Under the pieces are notes generated by a model. It saw only the letters and a list, made by a program, of their open reading frames with translations, was not told where the DNA came from and searched no databases. A stretch of DNA of 64,000 nt, from assembly GCA_013416795.1 (NCBI GenBank), contig RQSC01000015.1, forward strand, positions 383,141-447,140. The letters run 5' to 3'. The translations under genes and the position numbers were made by a program. Source of the DNA: Prasinococcaceae sp. CCMP 1430. Lineage: Eukaryota > Plantae > Prasinodermophyta. This document shows positions 1 through 9,784 of the stretch, piece by piece; position 1 is the stretch's first letter, and the number at the start of each line of letters is the position of its first letter.

Positions 1-107
1 CCCGCTTGCGCGCCGCGCCCGCCCGCCCGCCCGCGAGCCGCGAGCGCCGAACGCTGCTGGCGGGCAGCCACAGGTGCCGCCCTGCGCCGTGCTCACTCCC
101 TTAGCTT

Positions 108-1397
108 GTGCCCTCTCCGCCCATGGCTGACCCTTCCCCCCACATACACACCTTCAAACGCACTTCACCGGACCCATCGCAGGTCCCCGCCGCTCGCGCC
201 GCGCTCGCGTCGGTGTCGACGACGCGCGGCTTCACCGCGTCGGCCGCCGCCGCGCAGCCCGAGCCGCATGGCGGCAAGCTCGTCGACCTGATGGTGAGCG
301 CCGCGAAGCGCGATGAGCTCATGGCTGCTGCCGCCGGCAAGTCGATGGAGTGCTCGGACCGCAACGCGTGCGACGTGGAGCTGCTCGCCGTGGGCGGCTT
401 CTCGCCGCTCGAGGGCTTCATGGACGAGGCCGAGTACGACAGCGTGGTGGACAACCACCGCCTGCAGAACGGTCTGCTCTTCGGCCTGCCGGTGGTGCTG
501 GACACTGACAGCGAGGACCTCAAGATCGGCGACACCGTGGCGCTCACCTACAAGGGCCAGACCATCGGCGCGATCGAGATTGGCTCGAAGTGGGAGCCCA
601 ACAAGGTGAAGGAGACCAAGCAGTGCTATGGCACCTCGGAGCTCGAGCACCCGGGCACGCTCATGGTGGCCACCGAGCGCGGCAAGTACTACATCGGCGG
701 CAAGGTGTACGGCTTTGAGCTGCCGACGCGCGAGTTCGATTGCCAGACGCCTGCCGAGGTGCGCGAGATGCTGCCCAAGGACAAGGACGTCGTGGCGTTC
801 CAGTGCCGCAACCCGGTGCACCGCGCGCACTACGAGCTCTTCACGCGCGCCGCGCACGACGAGCGCGTGGGCCCCGACGCGACCGTGCTCGTCCACCCGA
901 CCTGTGGCCCCACCCAGGGCGATGACATCCCGGGCGACGTGCGCTACCGCACCTACGTCGTGCTCAAGGACCAGCTGAACGACGAGAAGATCCAGTGGGC
1001 GTACCTGCCGTACAGCATGCACATGGCGGGCCCGCGCGAGGCGCTGCAGCACATGATGATCCGCAAGAACTACGGCTGCACGCACTTTATCATCGGCCGC
1101 GACATGGCTGGATCCAAGAGCTCCATCACCGGCGAGGACTACTACGGCGCCTACGACGCGCAGGACTTCGCCAACGAGATCGCCGAGGAGCTGGGCGTGA
1201 AGACCGTGCCCTCGCTCAACGTGGTGTACACCGAGGAGGAGGGCTACGTCACCGCTGACGTCGCCCAGGAGAAGGGCCTCAGCATCAAGAAGCTCTCCGG
1301 CACCAAGTTCAGGAAGATGCTGCGCGCGGGTGATGACATCCCGGAGTGGTTCGCGTTCAAGTCGGTGGTCGACGTGCTCCGCGAGGCGCAGAAGTAA
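108..1397 (+). CDS. ATP sulfurylase (sulfate adenylyltransferase), probably plastid-targeted
   Basis: Intronless 429-aa ORF. Catalytic motif FQCRNPVHRAHYEL, plus HPTCGP, PYSMHMAGPREALQHMMIRKNYGCTHFIIGRDMAG and LSGTKFRKML. The Ala/Ser/Arg-rich N-terminus resembles a transit peptide. Confidence 0.95.
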   Translation: MPSPPMADPSPHIHTFKRTSPDPSQVPAARAALASVSTTRGFTASAAAAQPEPHGGKLVDLMVSAAKRDELMAAAAGKSMECSDRNACDVELLAVGGFSPLEGFMDEAEYDSVVDNHRLQNGLLFGLPVVLDTDSEDLKIGDTVALTYKGQTIGAIEIGSKWEPNKVKETKQCYGTSELEHPGTLMVATERGKYYIGGKVYGFELPTREFDCQTPAEVREMLPKDKDVVAFQCRNPVHRAHYELFTRAAHDERVGPDATVLVHPTCGPTQGDDIPGDVRYRTYVVLKDQLNDEKIQWAYLPYSMHMAGPREALQHMMIRKNYGCTHFIIGRDMAGSKSSITGEDYYGAYDAQDFANEIAEELGVKTVPSLNVVYTEEEGYVTADVAQEKGLSIKKLSGTKFRKMLRAGDDIPEWFAFKSVVDVLREAQK

Positions 1398-1649
1398 GAA
1401 ATTTTTTGCCAGCGTAGACCAACGGAGCCTACTTGGTCGCAGTGCGTTCGGCGGGTCGCGCCACGCGCATGGCGGCGGCGCGGGCAGCTCGTGCGTCCTC
1501 TCTCGCGCGCATGCCGCTCCATCCCTCCCCCTGCACGCGCGCCGGCTGCGCCGCGCGGCGCCCGCACAGCGCGAGCTCGTCGGTCCGCGTGCGAGCCTGT
1601 TACGATTTTTCGAGCCATATTAAAATGAATGTGAATTGGCACCTGCGAC

Positions 1650-4319
1650 TCAGTCGACGTCATGCAGACCTGCGAATGGCTCTGGCGTTGGCCGTCGGCC
1701 GCACACGACGCTGAGCATGCGCATGCGCTGCGACCAGCGCAACTGGATATGCTCCTCGCCGCTCCTGAAGGGGAGGCGAAACTCGCCGCACGCGCTGCCG
1801 GCCTGTACCTCCAGGAGGTCATCGTCATCCATGACACGCACCGCCACGTCGTCCTTCGAGGCGATTTGCGGCAGCGTGAAGACCATCTGGTACTTTTGGG
1901 CAGCACCTGCGCCCACGGTGGTGCAAATGGGCGGCTCAAGGTTGGCCAGGGCCACCGGCTGCTGAGCAGGAGCGCTCACGTGCGCACTGGCGTCCTGCAT
2001 CGGCCCGCCAGGAGCAGCCTCGTCTGTGGCCGCCCCCGCAGCGAGCGCCAGTGCCACACCGCTTTCCACTATGCTCGCCGCGTTGCCCTCCTCGGGCTTG
2101 TGGTTGGATGCGCCGGTGCACACGAAGCCGTTCTGGGCATGACCGTCGAGCACGGCGGGGATGGTCACCAGGGGCTTGGGATTGGCGATAGCTTTCGGTA
2201 CGGGTCTGCCACCCATGCCGTCGCTGTCTGAGCCTGTTTCAATATCGTCGCTGCTGCTCAGCGTCATCGCCCCAAGCGCGTCGAAAGCGGCGTCGAATGC
2301 CATCGACACGGCGTCGATGCTGCTTGCGGAGTCGCCAGAGCCAGAGCTCGAGTGCGATGCCCGCACCGGATCGCCGCTCGGACCGCAGCCGTCGCCACCC
2401 TCGTCGTCGCTCGAGCTGTCGAAGTCGCTCGGCACGTCCTCCGCAAGTGGCTCCGGAACCTCCTCGCCCGGGACGAGCGGCGCGTGCCGCCGATTCGCTC
2501 GCTCGTAATAGAGCATGTACGCGTTGATCCTGCGCACCTCCTCCCAAGAGGAAGTGCGCACGCGCGAATCGTCCACCTGGTACCACTGGCTTCCGGCTTT
2601 GACGTAGGCGACGTAGTGCCCACCGAACGACGAGCCCATGTGCTCAACCACGGCGTAGAGCGAGTACTTGGCGCGTGCGCAGTCCACGGGCTGGATGTCG
2701 CCGGCAGAGAGGGGTCGCTTCGTCTCTCCATTCGCATGGCGAGCCTGATCGCTGCCCTCGCCTTTTCGCGCCTCCGCCCCCGCCTCGGCGCGCTTGTCGC
2801 CCCCGCTGCCAGCGCTGTCACCCCTGCTATGACCACTGCCGCTGCCCCCAACGCCCTCCGCGTTCACGCGCTTCGAAGCGGCCACGCTGCCGCCGCTGGT
2901 GGGCCCCGCTTGGAAGTAGCTCATGTAGGGCGCCAGATCGAGCGTCTCCGGGTATGCGACCTTCGCATTGTTCTTCCCAAACATGCTCATTGTGTAGCGT
3001 TTTAGGCCCACCACGAGCACATTGGGCGCGGTATGCACGCTCAGGCGCTTCTGTGCACGTACGAGCGCGTTGCACTTGTCGCACTTGTACTTGTTTTCGC
3101 CGTCGAGCCACTCGGGGGCAGTGAAGTGTCGCAGCGCCTTCTCCAGCGTGGTTGTCTTCGACCCATTCGCGAGTTCCACCGCGAGGTCGAGGAAGTTTTC
3201 GTATCGATCGCTCACCGCCCCGCACGCGCAGCACGCGACGCGCGAGCGCGTATAGCCACCAAAGATATGGTGCAGCGCGGTGGTCTCCGCCTCGCGCTCG
3301 CGCAACCGCTGCTCGCCGCCGTGCGGCTCGAGCATACACTTGAAGGCCGCGTACAACAGACTGCGCACGAACTCGTGGGCGTCCTCTTGCCGCCCATACC
3401 CCATTGCGCTCCCGAGCGCACGCACGCGCTTACAGAGCGCCGCGGGCGAGACCGCCTTCGACGATTCGACGCAACTCCGCACGTGTCGCTCGAGCTCGCA
3501 CGCCGCGCACCAGCTCTTCGCGCCACCCCCGTTGGCCTCTTTCCCGCACGACGACGAGTGCGCTGCTGATACGCAGTACGCCGCGAGCGGCCGCGTGGCC
3601 GCGAGCGCCGACAGCGTCGCATTGGCGTAGCACGAGTTGCCGACATTGCGATGGCCGACCGGCTTTGCCGCGGCCGGAAGTGCGCGCAGCTCGTCGCCGC
3701 CCCGCACGTAGGCCCCGTACGGCTCGAGCAATCGCGCCGGCCGCCGCATGACGCTGCAATCCTCCCGCGGACGCGGCGGCTGCGGCGACGAGGGCGGCCG
3801 CGCCCGCCGCCCGGGCTTCCCCTTCGCAGCACCCGCGGCGTCCGCGGCGTTCGCGGCCGCCCTCGCCCTCGCCTTGGCGAGGGACTTCTGCGCCTTGACG
3901 GAGACGCACTCTGCCTTGTGCCCGGCCTTCCAGTGCAGAGATTGGCATTTGAGGCTGCAGTAGCGCACCGCCTTGCACCTGGAGCATCGCTTCGTCGGCG
4001 CGGGCTTGCCGCATTGGGCGCATGCACCCGCGGCGTTGCCTGCAGCGCCGCTGGATGCCCGGCTACCGTCGGCGCCGGCCCCCGCGAGCACCTCCGGAGC
4101 GGGCGCCGGCGCCGGCGCCGCCTCGCTGGCCTCCCCAGCTTGGCCCCCTGCGGCCACGCCACCCGCATCCGCATCCGCATCCGTCGCCGCCGTGGGTTTG
4201 CACTCGCCCGACGCGCGCTCTTCGTCGCATGCAAAGTGACGAATCAAACCGCGGCTGTTCGCGCGCCCGCAGCGCGCGGCGCGCTCGCCGGCCGCTCCGA
4301 ATACCCTATCTGTGTGCAT
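1650..4319 (-). CDS. Ubiquitin-specific protease with zf-MYND (plant UBP15-19-like) and a C-terminal CS-like domain
   Basis: MYND finger CAQCGK..CSRCKAVRYCSLKCQSLHWKAGHKAEC; Cys box GHRNVGNSCYAN; QEDAHEF; His box YAVVEHMGSSFGGHYVAYVK. The start at the in-frame ATG 4319 is inferred (the ORF is open to 4814). Confidence 0.9.
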   Translation of the reverse strand: MHTDRVFGAAGERAARCGRANSRGLIRHFACDEERASGECKPTAATDADADAGGVAAGGQAGEASEAAPAPAPAPEVLAGAGADGSRASSGAAGNAAGACAQCGKPAPTKRCSRCKAVRYCSLKCQSLHWKAGHKAECVSVKAQKSLAKARARAAANAADAAGAAKGKPGRRARPPSSPQPPRPREDCSVMRRPARLLEPYGAYVRGGDELRALPAAAKPVGHRNVGNSCYANATLSALAATRPLAAYCVSAAHSSSCGKEANGGGAKSWCAACELERHVRSCVESSKAVSPAALCKRVRALGSAMGYGRQEDAHEFVRSLLYAAFKCMLEPHGGEQRLREREAETTALHHIFGGYTRSRVACCACGAVSDRYENFLDLAVELANGSKTTTLEKALRHFTAPEWLDGENKYKCDKCNALVRAQKRLSVHTAPNVLVVGLKRYTMSMFGKNNAKVAYPETLDLAPYMSYFQAGPTSGGSVAASKRVNAEGVGGSGSGHSRGDSAGSGGDKRAEAGAEARKGEGSDQARHANGETKRPLSAGDIQPVDCARAKYSLYAVVEHMGSSFGGHYVAYVKAGSQWYQVDDSRVRTSSWEEVRRINAYMLYYERANRRHAPLVPGEEVPEPLAEDVPSDFDSSSDDEGGDGCGPSGDPVRASHSSSGSGDSASSIDAVSMAFDAAFDALGAMTLSSSDDIETGSDSDGMGGRPVPKAIANPKPLVTIPAVLDGHAQNGFVCTGASNHKPEEGNAASIVESGVALALAAGAATDEAAPGGPMQDASAHVSAPAQQPVALANLEPPICTTVGAGAAQKYQMVFTLPQIASKDDVAVRVMDDDDLLEVQAGSACGEFRLPFRSGEEHIQLRWSQRMRMLSVVCGRRPTPEPFAGLHDVD

Positions 4320-4876
4320 CAAACCCAAACTTGTAAACCTCAACCCCCGGCCGGACGCCGATTCCGCGCCGCTCGCCACGCGCGCGCACCGAATCGCGGC
4401 GCAATCCGGCCAAACATTTATGGTATAACATATAGGGTCTGTTATGTACGTCAATGACGAACTCAATCCGAATAATTTGGTTTGGGTTGGGTGCGCTTCC
4501 CCACCCAGCCTCATCTGCGCGCGCGCGCGCTTTACCGCCACGCGCGCGCGGGCCGCCGAGTGCTGCTGCGGGGGGGAAGGTGGGGGGGCATGCGGGGTGA
4601 TGGCGGGATCGCGCGGGGTGAAGGCGCTGCGCGCAGGGCGGCGCGGCGCGGGGCGGCGCGGCGCTCTGAGGGTCTCGCCCCCATCCACGCACGCGGGGGA
4701 ACCCTTGCAATGGAGGAGGCGGCACGTGGTGCAAGTGAGAGGGGGGGGGAGGAGGGGGGGAGGGCTGAGGGAGGGGCGACGAGCCGCTGCCGCCGCGCTC
4801 CGGCGGCGTGCCACAGAGCGGCCGGCGCGCGCTCCGCAGAGCGCTCCGCGGAACAGGCGCGCCGCCGCCGCGATCC

Positions 4877-5938
4877 ATGGACGCGAGCGCGCGCGCTCCC
4901 GCGCCCGAGCGCCAGCGCCCTCCCCCGAACGCCTCCCCTCGCGCCCACAAGCACGGCGCGCCGCTGATCAACGCAGAGCCCGCCATGGACTGGGTCGAGG
5001 AGCGCGCGCGGGGGGTGGATATGGCCGTCCGCGCCTTCGGCTGCACCATGGGCATGACGGGTCGCTGCCTGCTGCGCGCGTGCGCCGACAGGCGAGGTCG
5101 AGCGCCCCACGCCGCGGCCGCGGCCGCAACTCAGACCGGCGATGCACACCTCCCAACCTACCACACAGCTAAGGCATCGCGCATCGCAGCAGAGGACCGC
5201 CCCCCAACGCGCCCGGTCGGCGACGGCGGCTTCATGCGAGACGCGCGCGAGCAGTGGGCGCCGGCGATGTTCGACATCGCTCGCGCGCAGCTGCGCGTCC
5301 ACGGCAGCGAGAACCTGAAGGTGAAGCGCGCGGCGGTAGGCCGACCCGATCGCGCAGAGCCGTCGGGGCTCGTGACCGAGGAAACCGGCGCCGTGTTCGT
5401 TGCCAATCACTGCTCCTTTATGGACATCCCTGCGTGCTTCGCGAGCATTCCCGGCGACATCCGCTTCGTCGCCAAGAAGTCGATCTCGTACATTCCGCTC
5501 GTGGGCAGCGCCATGAAGACCGCTGGGATGGTCTTCGTGGATCGCAAGCGGCCCGAGGAGGCGATCGAGGCGCTGCGCGCGGGCGCAGAGCAGATGCGCG
5601 GTGCCGCCAACAACATCATGGCGTTCCCCGAAGGCACGCGATCCGACGACGGCTACGTCCGGGAGTTCAAGAAGGGCGTCTTTCGGATGGCCATCGACAC
5701 GCAAAAGCCTGTGGTGCCGTGCGCGCTGGTGGGCACGAGCGACGTCCTGCCCAAGACAGGGCCGTTGGGACCCGTCTCTTTCAGGAGGAACGGCACGGTC
5801 GAGATGGCCTTTGGAAAGCCCATCCCCACCGAGGGGCTCACCCCAGCAGACGTCAACAGGCTCGTGGACGAGGTGCGGGCGGAGGTGATTCGATTGCACT
5901 CGAACCTGGGCGGCAAGGGCGCGGCAGAGGCTGCGTAG
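4877..5938 (+). CDS. 1-acyl-sn-glycerol-3-phosphate acyltransferase (LPAAT/PlsC family)
   Basis: Motifs FVANHCSFMDIP (NHx4D), FVAKKSI, FVDRK and FPEGTRS. First in-frame ATG is at 4877. Confidence 0.92.
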   Translation: MDASARAPAPERQRPPPNASPRAHKHGAPLINAEPAMDWVEERARGVDMAVRAFGCTMGMTGRCLLRACADRRGRAPHAAAAAATQTGDAHLPTYHTAKASRIAAEDRPPTRPVGDGGFMRDAREQWAPAMFDIARAQLRVHGSENLKVKRAAVGRPDRAEPSGLVTEETGAVFVANHCSFMDIPACFASIPGDIRFVAKKSISYIPLVGSAMKTAGMVFVDRKRPEEAIEALRAGAEQMRGAANNIMAFPEGTRSDDGYVREFKKGVFRMAIDTQKPVVPCALVGTSDVLPKTGPLGPVSFRRNGTVEMAFGKPIPTEGLTPADVNRLVDEVRAEVIRLHSNLGGKGAAEAA

Positions 5939-5990
5939 CGCGCGTAAATGCAAAGCTTTACTACGAAGGCCGAGGACGCTCGCGCGCTCC

Positions 5991-7890
5991 TCAGCGCCCC
6001 GCCTTTCCCTTCCCCCCTTGGCTCTGCCCGCTCCTCGAGCCGCCCCCACCCTTGCCACCACGACGGCGGCGACGGTTGCCGACGTCCAGCTGTTTGCGTC
6101 CGCCCGCGCGTTGCCGTTCGAGTGTTGTCATCGCAATGGTTGGCTCGGCCTTGGGCGCAGGCAGGGTCGCGAGGGCATCTGGACGCGTGGGCGCAGGCGC
6201 ATGCGTCAGAGCGAGAGGGAGCGAGCAAGCGAGCGAGGGCGCGTCTACAACCATGCGGGGGCGAGCACGTGCCGCATGGCCTGGCGCACTCACCAGAGAT
6301 CGCCCCGCGGAGCTCGCCGATGCCCACGCGCTCCCGAGCCGACGTCAGGACGCAACGAAACGGCGCCCGGCGCATGCCGGCGTCGCCACCGTCTGAATCG
6401 GCGCTGCCGCCCTCCGTGTTTGCGTAACGCAGCTCGGCCTCATCCGTGGCGCCAGCCTCCAAGGCGGCGGCGATCTGTGAGCGCATCACAGCACGGGCCG
6501 GCGTCGGCGTTGGTAATGGGGATGGGGCGGGAAGAGGGCTCCTGGTCAGCACCACAGCACGCACAGGCGAGCGAGGGGCGCTCACTACGGCGCGAGACGC
6601 GCGCCTAGAGCGCGATTGTGACCCTCACCTCTGCCGCCCTCTCATTAACGCCCTCGACGTCAGTCTTGTTGAGTGCAACCACGTGAGGCCGAGCGCAGTA
6701 CTCCGGGTTGTACATCCACAGCTCCCTGCGAATAGCGTAGTAATCCCCGAGCGGATCCTGAGCGGAGCAGTCCACGACGTGGAGCAGCACGCGCGAGCGC
6801 CGCAGGTGGCGTAGGAAGACGCGCCCGAGGCCCTTGCCGACGTGCGCGCCGGCGATAAGCCCGGGTAGGTCCGCAAGCACGGGCGGACGCTCCTGTACGC
6901 CCTTCTCGCCTCCGCCCGGCGCACCCGCCCCGCCGGCCATGTCCGACGACGACGAGGCCGCCGTCGCACCGGCAAACGGGTTGAAGGCGAACGGATCGTC
7001 GAAGCCGCCGCCGTCGTCTGGGGCTCCCTCCTCCTCCTCCGCCTTGCTCTCGAGTATCCCGAGGTTGGGCACGAGCGTAGTGAACGGGTACGGCGCCACT
7101 TCAGGCGAGGCGGCGGTGGTGGCGGCGAGCAGCGAGCTCTTTCCCGCGTTGGGCAGCCCAACCAGCCCCACATCGGCCATCACGCGTAGCGTGAGGTTCA
7201 GCGACCGCGCCTCGCCGTCGAGGCCGCCCTTGACCTCCTCGGCGACGCTTGAGTCGTCGTCGAAGACGGCGTAAACGCCCTTCTCCTCCTCGGCGCGGCG
7301 GCTCCGCGTGTCGCGGCGAGCCCTACCCTCGCGCGAGAGGCGACGGTACGAGTGACCACCCTGTCCGCCCGACGCAACTACAAGGCTCTGACCTACTCGC
7401 AGGAGGTCACCGAGCGGCGCCCCGCTGCCCGCCGCGCGCACGAATGTGCCCGGCGGCACTGGGACCCGCACGTCGGCGCGCGAATCCTCTGCGAGCTGCA
7501 CTTCCTTGAGCGAGCGCGGCGTGCGCGCCTTGTTGCGCGCCGCGCCGCGGTCGGCGCCCTTCCCGTTGCGCGCTTTGAAGCTGTCCTGCCTGCGCAGGTG
7601 CAGCAGGTCGTCATGCGCCGCCGAGACGTATAGCACGACGTTGCCGCCGCGTGCGCCGCGCGGCAGCTCCTCGTCGCTCCCCAGCTCGCCGGGGGCAAAC
7701 GCGGCGCCGTCGCCCCCTCGGCCGGCGCGCACGTGCACAGTCGCCTCGTCAAAGTACTTATGCGGCTCGGCCTCGAGCGCGCTCTCCGACACTTTGTCCT
7801 GCTGCTTGCCCCCCTGCCCCTTCCGCTTCCGCCGCGGCTTGCCGCCGCCGCCCTTGGCGGCCGCCGCGGCCGCCGTGCGGCGTGCGCGCC
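5991..7890 (-). CDS. Obg-family GTPase (plant OBGC2-like); 5' end lost in gap; exons <7890-6629, 6474-6294, 6178-5991
   Basis: Obg fold HKYFDEATVHVRAGRGGDG; G1 GLPNAGKSS; G2 PYPFTTLVPNLG; G3 DLPGLIAG; G4 NKTD; G5-like TSARERVG. The GT-AG introns 6628-6475 and 6293-6179 keep the frame. Confidence 0.9.
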
Positions 7891-8018
7891 NNNNNNNNNN
7901 NNNNNNNNNNNNNNNNNNNNNNNNNNNNNNNNNNNNNNNNNNNNNNNNNNNNNNNNNNNNNNNNNNNNNNNNNNNNNNNNNNNNNNNNNNNNNNNNNNNN
8001 GGGGGGGGGGAAGGGGCG

Positions 8019-9546
8019 ATGGAGGACGCGGGCGGCGCGAAGTCGGAGGAGGCGGCGTTCTTCGAGCTCTTCGTGCCGGGGCGGCTGTGCCTGTTCGGCG
8101 AGCACTCGGATTGGGCGGGGGCGCACCGCCGCGACAACGCAGGCATCCGCCCGGGGCGCACGCTCGTCGCCGGCACGCAGCAGGGGCTCTTCGCGCGCTG
8201 CCGCAGGCTCAAGGAGAACGTGCTCAAGCTGACTTCCGTCCGCGAGGATGGCACACTGGAGGGGCCCTTTGAGGTGAGGCGGTGCCGGAAGAGCGGCTCG
8301 CGAAGTGATCCCGCACGCACGCTAACCAGCCGACTCGGGCCCCGCGTCTGCACACAACCCGCTCTCGGCAGGTCCCCCTCCATCCACATGCCCTCCTGTC
8401 GGTTGCGCAGGCGGGTGGCTTCTGGTCCTACGGTTGCGGAACGGCGTACCACCTGCTCACCAACCACCGCGTGGGCGGCCTGGAGGTGCATAACTACCGC
8501 ACGACGCTGCCCCTGCGCAAGGGCCTGAGCTCGAGTGCGGCCTTCTGCGTGCTCATCGCCAAGGCCTTCGGACTGTGCTACGGGCTGCACCTCACCACGC
8601 GCGGCGAAATGGAGTACGCCTACCAAGGCGAGATCACCACGCCCAGCCGCTGCGGACGCATGGACCAGGCGTGCGCCTACGGCTCGACGATGGTCACCAT
8701 GACGTACGACGCCGACCTGCTCCATGTGGAGCGCCTGCGCGTCGCGGCGGACCTGCACCTGGTCCTCGTCGACCTCTGCGCGGCAAAGTGCACGACGACC
8801 ATTCTGCGCGAGCTGCAACGCGGCTTCCCGCACCCGGCCGACGACGTGCAGCGCGGCGTGCACGAGCTGCTGGGCGCCACCAACGAGCGCGTCGTGGCGC
8901 AGGCCGAGGCCGCACTGGCAGCCGGCGACCTGGAGACGCTTGGCGCGCTCATGACGCACGCACAAGATCGGTTCGACGCGCTAGCGGGGCCCGCGTGCCC
9001 CGAAGAGCTCGTCGCACCGGTGCTCCATCGCACTCTCGCGCACGCGGCGCTGCATCCGCATATACACGGGGCCAAGGGCGTAGGTTCGCAGGGAGACGGC
9101 ACGGCGCAGTTCCTGTGCAAGGTCAGAGCGAGCGCGCGAACGCTCTCGCCTGCTCCTGGGTGCACGTGCTGCGTGGGCGTGCGCTGACCCGCGCGACTTT
9201 CGGCCCCACCCCGGCCGCGCTTGCTACTCCCGCCGCGCTCCCGCCACTGCCACTGCCGAACCGGCAGTCAGCAGCGGACGCGGAGGCGGTGTGCGAGATC
9301 ATTGAGCGAGAGCTCAGCATGAAACCGCTGCGTCTAACAATTGCGGCCAACTTCGAGCACGTGGGGGAAGTCCCCGAGTCGCCGCACAACCCAGGCCCCG
9401 TGGGTGTTGGGCCATTCGCAAACGGCGGCGGCGCGCCCGGCGACGAGCCGTACCACCCCGACGTGTCTAATGACAGCGCCTCCAAGGTCGAGGCTCTGCA
9501 GGCAGAAGTCGCAAGGCTGCGCGCAGAGCTCGCCGCCGCGCGGTGA
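8019..9546 (+). CDS. GHMP-superfamily sugar kinase (galactokinase-like); exons 8019-8273, 8411-9121, 9268-9546
   Basis: PGRLCLFGEHSDW (GHMP motif 1), LPLRKGLSSSAA (ATP-binding motif 2), CGRMDQ and GKGVGSQGDGTAQF (motif 3). Two phase-0 GT-AG introns. Confidence 0.88.
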
Positions 9547-9784
9547 CACTTGTGTGACCGCCATCGGGCGTCGCCGCGCGCGCTGCTGATCCCGAGCGCC
9601 TCGGCAATCGCATGTACGTGTACACCAAATATATTACGTTGGCTCATTTAGCACGCCTGCGCGTGCATGGGCCCGCGCGTGCTTGGCAGCGGCCGCATAT
9701 GCAGCGTCCGCGCGAGGCCGTCGGCCTTGAGGCGCCTGCCCGCGTGCATTCCAGCGGCATACCCACGCGGCGCATCTGCTGCGT

